Shown here piece by piece: positions 60,490 to 64,000 of a stretch of DNA of 64,000 bases. A program made the position numbers and the translations under genes. Positions within the stretch are counted from its first letter, which is position 1; every line of letters begins with the position of its first letter. Origin of the DNA: a virus; the IMG/VR virus record IMGVR_UViG_3300027792_000292, positions 1-64,000 of that record. One strand, written 5' to 3'. The notes below the pieces were generated by a model. That model worked only from the letters and a program-made list of their open reading frames with translations. It did not search any database and was not told the DNA's origin.

Positions 60490-60502
60490 CAAAGGAGTTT
60501 AT

Positions 60503-61270
60503 ATGAAGATCACATTTTTGGGTAGTGGATCAGCCTCTGGAACAGAAAACTTTCATAGCAATATTCTTATTGAGACTGAGAAGGTCAGGCTCCTATTTGA
60601 TTGTGGAGATGACTGCAGATGGGCGCTTAAAGAGAAAAAAATGTCTGTGATGGACATTGATGCTATCTATATATCCCATCTTCATGGGGATCACACTCAT
60701 GGCCTGGAAAATGTAGCTTTCTGTACCTATTTTGGAAGAGTAGTGCATGGTGGTAGGAAGGTAAAGCTTATAGCACAGGACCAACTTATGAAGGACTTAT
60801 GGGAGCATACCTTGAGTGGTGGGCTCAGGTCAATTCAGATGATAGACTGTACTCTTGATACTTTCTTTGAGCCTATGCCGATACCAAGTAATGGCTCTTT
60901 CATCTTAGACGAAAAGGGATACAAGTTTGATCTTATTCAAACTATCCATGTGATCTCTGACCGGAGTTTTGTAAAGTCTTTTGGATTGAAGTTTCGTACA
61001 GACAAGAACATGGTTTTCATTACTTCTGATACTCAGTGGGCACCACACCAACTGAGAGACTTTATGATTACTTCTGATGTTGTTTTTCAGGACTGTGAAA
61101 CATCAAAATATCCATCTGGGGTGCATGCTCACTATGAAGATCTTGTGGCATTGCCTGATGAACTCAAATCTAAAATGTGGTTATACCACTACAATGATGG
61201 TCCTCTTCCTGATGCTAAAGCAGCAGGATTCCTAGGATTTGTTACTAAAGGGCAACAGTTCGATTTATAA
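60503..61270 (+). CDS. MBL-fold metallo-hydrolase, resembling anti-Pycsar Apyc1 / RNase Z-like phosphodiesterases
   Basis: ATG at 60503 after SD AAGGAG. Motifs 'FLGSGSA', 'LLFDCG', HxHxDH (SHLHGDH), 'GGRKVKL', 'LWEHTLSGGL', 'TSDT', 'GVHA', 'HY'. Confidence 0.85.
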   Translation: MKITFLGSGSASGTENFHSNILIETEKVRLLFDCGDDCRWALKEKKMSVMDIDAIYISHLHGDHTHGLENVAFCTYFGRVVHGGRKVKLIAQDQLMKDLWEHTLSGGLRSIQMIDCTLDTFFEPMPIPSNGSFILDEKGYKFDLIQTIHVISDRSFVKSFGLKFRTDKNMVFITSDTQWAPHQLRDFMITSDVVFQDCETSKYPSGVHAHYEDLVALPDELKSKMWLYHYNDGPLPDAKAAGFLGFVTKGQQFDL

Positions 61271-61295
61271 ATAACATATTGGATAAGGAGTAGAG

Positions 61296-63143
61296 ATGAA
61301 AATTCTAAAGAATGCAGGTACTTTTGAAGTACTAACTAAGCCTGAGAATGTTATAGGTGACATAGCAGCAGCAGCCCGTACCTGTTATCAGTCTCAAGAT
61401 AAAGCAAGTCCTGAGAACGATATTAAGCTAGTTAAGAATCTTATCACTCGGGGTCATACGCCCATGTTGGAATTTTCGGACATCACGGTAAGATTTAATG
61501 GGGTATCTAGGGGTTTCTGCTATGATGATGCTACGGAGGTTTTGACAGATGGGGGGTGGAAATATTTTAAAGATACGACTAATAAAGATAATTTTGCTAC
61601 AATAAATATGAGAACTTTTAAAGTGGAGTATCAAAAGAGAATAGATTATGTAGAAGAGGAATGGAATGCTCCGTTAATTTATGGTAAGTCTACACAAGTT
61701 GATTTTGCTGTTACACCTAACCATAGAATGCTCTATTTTCATTATGATTCTAGGATTGATAGAAAATGGAAAATAGATAGCGCCGATAGTATTTATAATA
61801 AGAGAGTAAAGTTTAAGCGAGCTTTTCCATCGTGGGAGGGTAAGAAGATACTTTTATCTTTGGAAAGGTTTGATATTAACTCTGTTTGGTTTGCTAAATT
61901 TATAGGGTTATATGTAACAGATGGATCTTCTTGTAAGAGCAAAGATTCTGGCGGGAGAGTAACCATAAGTCAAACAAAAGAGTCAGGAAAAAAATATATT
62001 GAGGAGGTACTAAACAACTTAGCTGTTGAGATAAAATATGATGATCATGAGTATAGAATAAATAACACAAAGCTATATCATTTTCTAAAGAAACATTTCG
62101 TTTCTGAGTCCACTAAATCTTATAATGGTAAATTCCCTAAGTGGTTGTTAGAAGCTCCTGTTAAATATCTAAGAGCTTTTATAGAAGCAGCTATAGTAGG
62201 CGATGGGAATATACATAGGGTTAATGGGCACAGGGTGATATATTCATCTAATAAGGATTATGCTGATGGGTTTCAAGAAATTTTATCTAAAATTGGTATA
62301 TCCTCTAGTATTAGAGTTGATAATAGAGTAGGGGATAAACGTTTTCTAAATGGTACTATTATAGAAAATAAAGTAGTTGGTTATATAGTCTCCATAAATG
62401 ATAAGACTGATGAGCACTTATTTAATAAGAAGCTGTGGAGTAGAAAATTATATAAAGGCAAAGTTTATTGTGTGACAGTACCTAATGGAACTCTGTATGT
62501 AAGAAGAAATGGCAAACCTATGTGGTCTGGCAACACACATGAGATGGTCCGACATCGACTAGCAAGTTATGCTCAGGAGTCTACTCGTTATGTGGATGAG
62601 AAGGACTTTGAGTTTATAGTCCCGCCACATAGAGATGAAAATGAATGTATTATTAGCCTTGATGACATAGCTAAACTTCCGTATATTCACGGGAACACAC
62701 CAAATAATAACTTTAGTTTTTATACTTGTCTTGATATCATAGGTAAGATGTATAGGAAGTTTAGAGACATAGGATGGAAGCCAGAAGACGTTAGACAGAT
62801 ACTCCCTACAGCTATTCAGGCTCAGATAGTTGTTAAAGCTAACATTGCCGAATGGCGACATATCTTTTTTCGTAGGTGTGATAAGTTTGCACATTGGGAG
62901 ATACGTGTGGTGATGATTGAACTTCTGAAGTGGTGTCAAAATAATATCCCTGTAGTGTTTGATGATTTTAAATTTTTTAAAACTAATGAAGGCTTGGAGT
63001 ACGCAACAATGGTATTGTCTTCAACACAATTAGCTGAAAAAATCATTTATTACACAGACATTTTTGATTTTAAAGATGTTGTATGTAAATTGGATGAGGC
63101 TACAAGAAATGAATTATTAAAGGCATTGAATAGCCCTGAATAG
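61296..63143 (+). CDS. thyX: Flavin-dependent thymidylate synthase ThyX (intein-containing)
   Basis: N-extein 'AARTCYQS...GHTPMLEF...GVSRGF'. C-extein 'THEMVRHRLASYAQESTRYV' (RHRx7S motif), 'RQILP', 'AHWEIR'. Confidence 0.95.
   Translation: MKILKNAGTFEVLTKPENVIGDIAAAARTCYQSQDKASPENDIKLVKNLITRGHTPMLEFSDITVRFNGVSRGFCYDDATEVLTDGGWKYFKDTTNKDNFATINMRTFKVEYQKRIDYVEEEWNAPLIYGKSTQVDFAVTPNHRMLYFHYDSRIDRKWKIDSADSIYNKRVKFKRAFPSWEGKKILLSLERFDINSVWFAKFIGLYVTDGSSCKSKDSGGRVTISQTKESGKKYIEEVLNNLAVEIKYDDHEYRINNTKLYHFLKKHFVSESTKSYNGKFPKWLLEAPVKYLRAFIEAAIVGDGNIHRVNGHRVIYSSNKDYADGFQEILSKIGISSSIRVDNRVGDKRFLNGTIIENKVVGYIVSINDKTDEHLFNKKLWSRKLYKGKVYCVTVPNGTLYVRRNGKPMWSGNTHEMVRHRLASYAQESTRYVDEKDFEFIVPPHRDENECIISLDDIAKLPYIHGNTPNNNFSFYTCLDIIGKMYRKFRDIGWKPEDVRQILPTAIQAQIVVKANIAEWRHIFFRRCDKFAHWEIRVVMIELLKWCQNNIPVVFDDFKFFKTNEGLEYATMVLSSTQLAEKIIYYTDIFDFKDVVCKLDEATRNELLKALNSPE
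61518..62534 (+). mobile_element. Intein with LAGLIDADG homing endonuclease in thyX (339 aa)
   Basis: Block A CYDDATEVLT, block B VTPNHRML, LAGLIDADG-like FIGLYVTDGS and FIEAAIVGDGN, block F VYCVTVPNG. Ends 'WSGN' followed by the +1 Thr. Removing it restores 'VSRGF-THEMVRHR'. Confidence 0.93.
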
Positions 63144-63148
63144 TCACT

Positions 63149-63250
63149 AAATGAGACGGCTGGGGATGAAACATCAGCGTAGTTGTGCAGTACCCCACCG
63201 TAAAAAAGGTACAGAGGTAGGCGCACCTCTTTCCCCAGCTAGTCTCATTT
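63149..63250 (+). ncRNA. Candidate structured non-coding RNA (unclassified; strand uncertain)
   Basis: 18-bp terminal helix: AAATGAGAC/GTCTCATTT, one bulged A, then GGCTGGGGA/TCCCCAGCT. It encloses hairpins GTACC/GGTAC and AGAGGT/ACCTCT. Markedly more GC-rich than its flanks. Confidence 0.55.
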
Positions 63251-63269
63251 CTTACACATAGGAGATAAC

Positions 63270-64000
63270 ATGCTAACTGATTTAGATGAGATATTGATGG
63301 ATGAATCCGTCGTTGAGAAAAAACAAGAAGAAGAACCAATTACACCAGTTACTCCCTCAGGCACAATAGAGCCCGATGATGAGGCTATTAAATTAGCTGT
63401 AAGATTGGAAGGTTGGAATAAATCATGTAGAGACTTATTCCTTGATCTTAGAGCTATTAATTTTGAAGCTACAGATGAGGATATGAAGCTGGAGTTTAAA
63501 GACAAAAATTTTTATGATAAGCCTATATATTTTAAAATGGACCCAGATGATAACAAATCAGATAAGATTACACTCTCAAGAAAACAGCTATGCAAATTAA
63601 TTGGCATCCCTTATAACTTCTTCATGAGTAATAGACCTACCATGAGGGTTGATATATTTAAGGCATGGCAAGCTAGCTTAGGGGCAGAGGATAACAAAGG
63701 TAAATGCTTATCTAGAATTAGAGAATCAAAAGAGTGCTGTATAATACGTGCTCTAGTTCCTGATACGTACTCCCCTATTCAGAATCATGAGATAATCAAG
63801 TTGGTGAATGAGACTATAAATGTTCCATATAAACTAGAAATGGTATCAGGGGATGAACGAGATGACCTTGTTATGCACGCACGATTTATATTTGGAGATA
63901 CCTTTGAGGTTATCGGTCAAAAGGTATGCCTGGGCTTTGCTATTACTGCCTCAGAGTTTGGGGAGAGTCCTTTAATTGTAGATTCTTTTCTATATCATAT
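63270..64000 (+). CDS. DUF932-like hypothetical protein, 3'-truncated by window end
   Basis: Not in the ORF track. SD AGGAG, ATG at 63270, open to the window end (MLTDLDEILM...QLCKLIGIPYNFF...IRALVPDTYSPIQNHEII...ASEFGESPLIV). The motifs resemble DUF932 phage proteins. Confidence 0.7.
   Translation, partial: MLTDLDEILMDESVVEKKQEEEPITPVTPSGTIEPDDEAIKLAVRLEGWNKSCRDLFLDLRAINFEATDEDMKLEFKDKNFYDKPIYFKMDPDDNKSDKITLSRKQLCKLIGIPYNFFMSNRPTMRVDIFKAWQASLGAEDNKGKCLSRIRESKECCIIRALVPDTYSPIQNHEIIKLVNETINVPYKLEMVSGDERDDLVMHARFIFGDTFEVIGQKVCLGFAITASEFGESPLIVDSFLYH

Noticed and set aside
60431-60502. N-terminal extension of the MBL hydrolase from GTG 60431 (likewise the TTG starts at 16883 and 18391)
   Set aside because: Downstream ATGs (60503, 16925, 18403) have good SD sequences or stop-start coupling and match the expected domain starts.
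63158-63241. tRNA or tmRNA call for the structured element (cloverleaf-like; contains GGGGATGAAA)
   Set aside because: No TTCRA T-loop, no conserved D-loop GG, no 7-nt anticodon loop and no CCA. It lacks the GGATTCGAC of tmRNA 5' ends and is too short. No hammerhead core (CTGATGA...GAAA) on either strand.
992-63505. Numerous short minus-strand and nested plus-strand ORFs (60-147 aa) in the ORF track
   Set aside because: All overlap long, motif-bearing + strand genes, lack recognisable motifs and look like antisense or frame shadows.
1-64000. Alternative genetic code (stop-codon reassignment, seen in some jumbo phages)
   Set aside because: Very long ORFs are intact under the standard code, and TAA, TAG and TGA all end genes at tight junctions with the next start.
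1-64000. CRISPR array
   Set aside because: No regularly spaced 25-40-nt repeats with unique spacers. The intergenic gaps are too short to hold one.

Overview
An AT-rich, densely coding segment of a large (jumbo-type) tailed dsDNA bacteriophage with a contractile tail. All credible genes are on the + strand and use the standard code. About 1-52.3 kb is a virion structural module: baseplate hub, VgrG/gp5-like spike, a 3395-aa structural protein, gp25-like and baseplate J/I-like wedge proteins, two paralogous 'ETTKRVQIQYRIR' proteins (one carrying an inserted YCF48/BNR propeller), and a cluster of collagen-like, PKD, beta-helix and LamG fibre or adhesin genes with about 21 PKD-like domains. About 52.4-64 kb is a replication and nucleotide-metabolism module: SNF2 helicase, degenerate DnaC-like loader, DnaB helicase, stand-alone CHC2 primase zinc finger, family A DNA polymerase, sigma-70/ECF-like factor, an MBL hydrolase resembling anti-Pycsar Apyc1, ThyX with a LAGLIDADG intein, and a truncated DUF932-like ORF. 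Non-coding signals read directly from the sequence are two recurring promoter-like motifs (TAATAATCTnnTAAT in the structural region; TTTAAA-N17-TAyATT in the replication region), a structured leader before the Apyc1-like gene, and a GC-rich ~100-nt multi-stem candidate ncRNA at 63149-63250. All family calls rest on motif recognition by eye; no searches were run.
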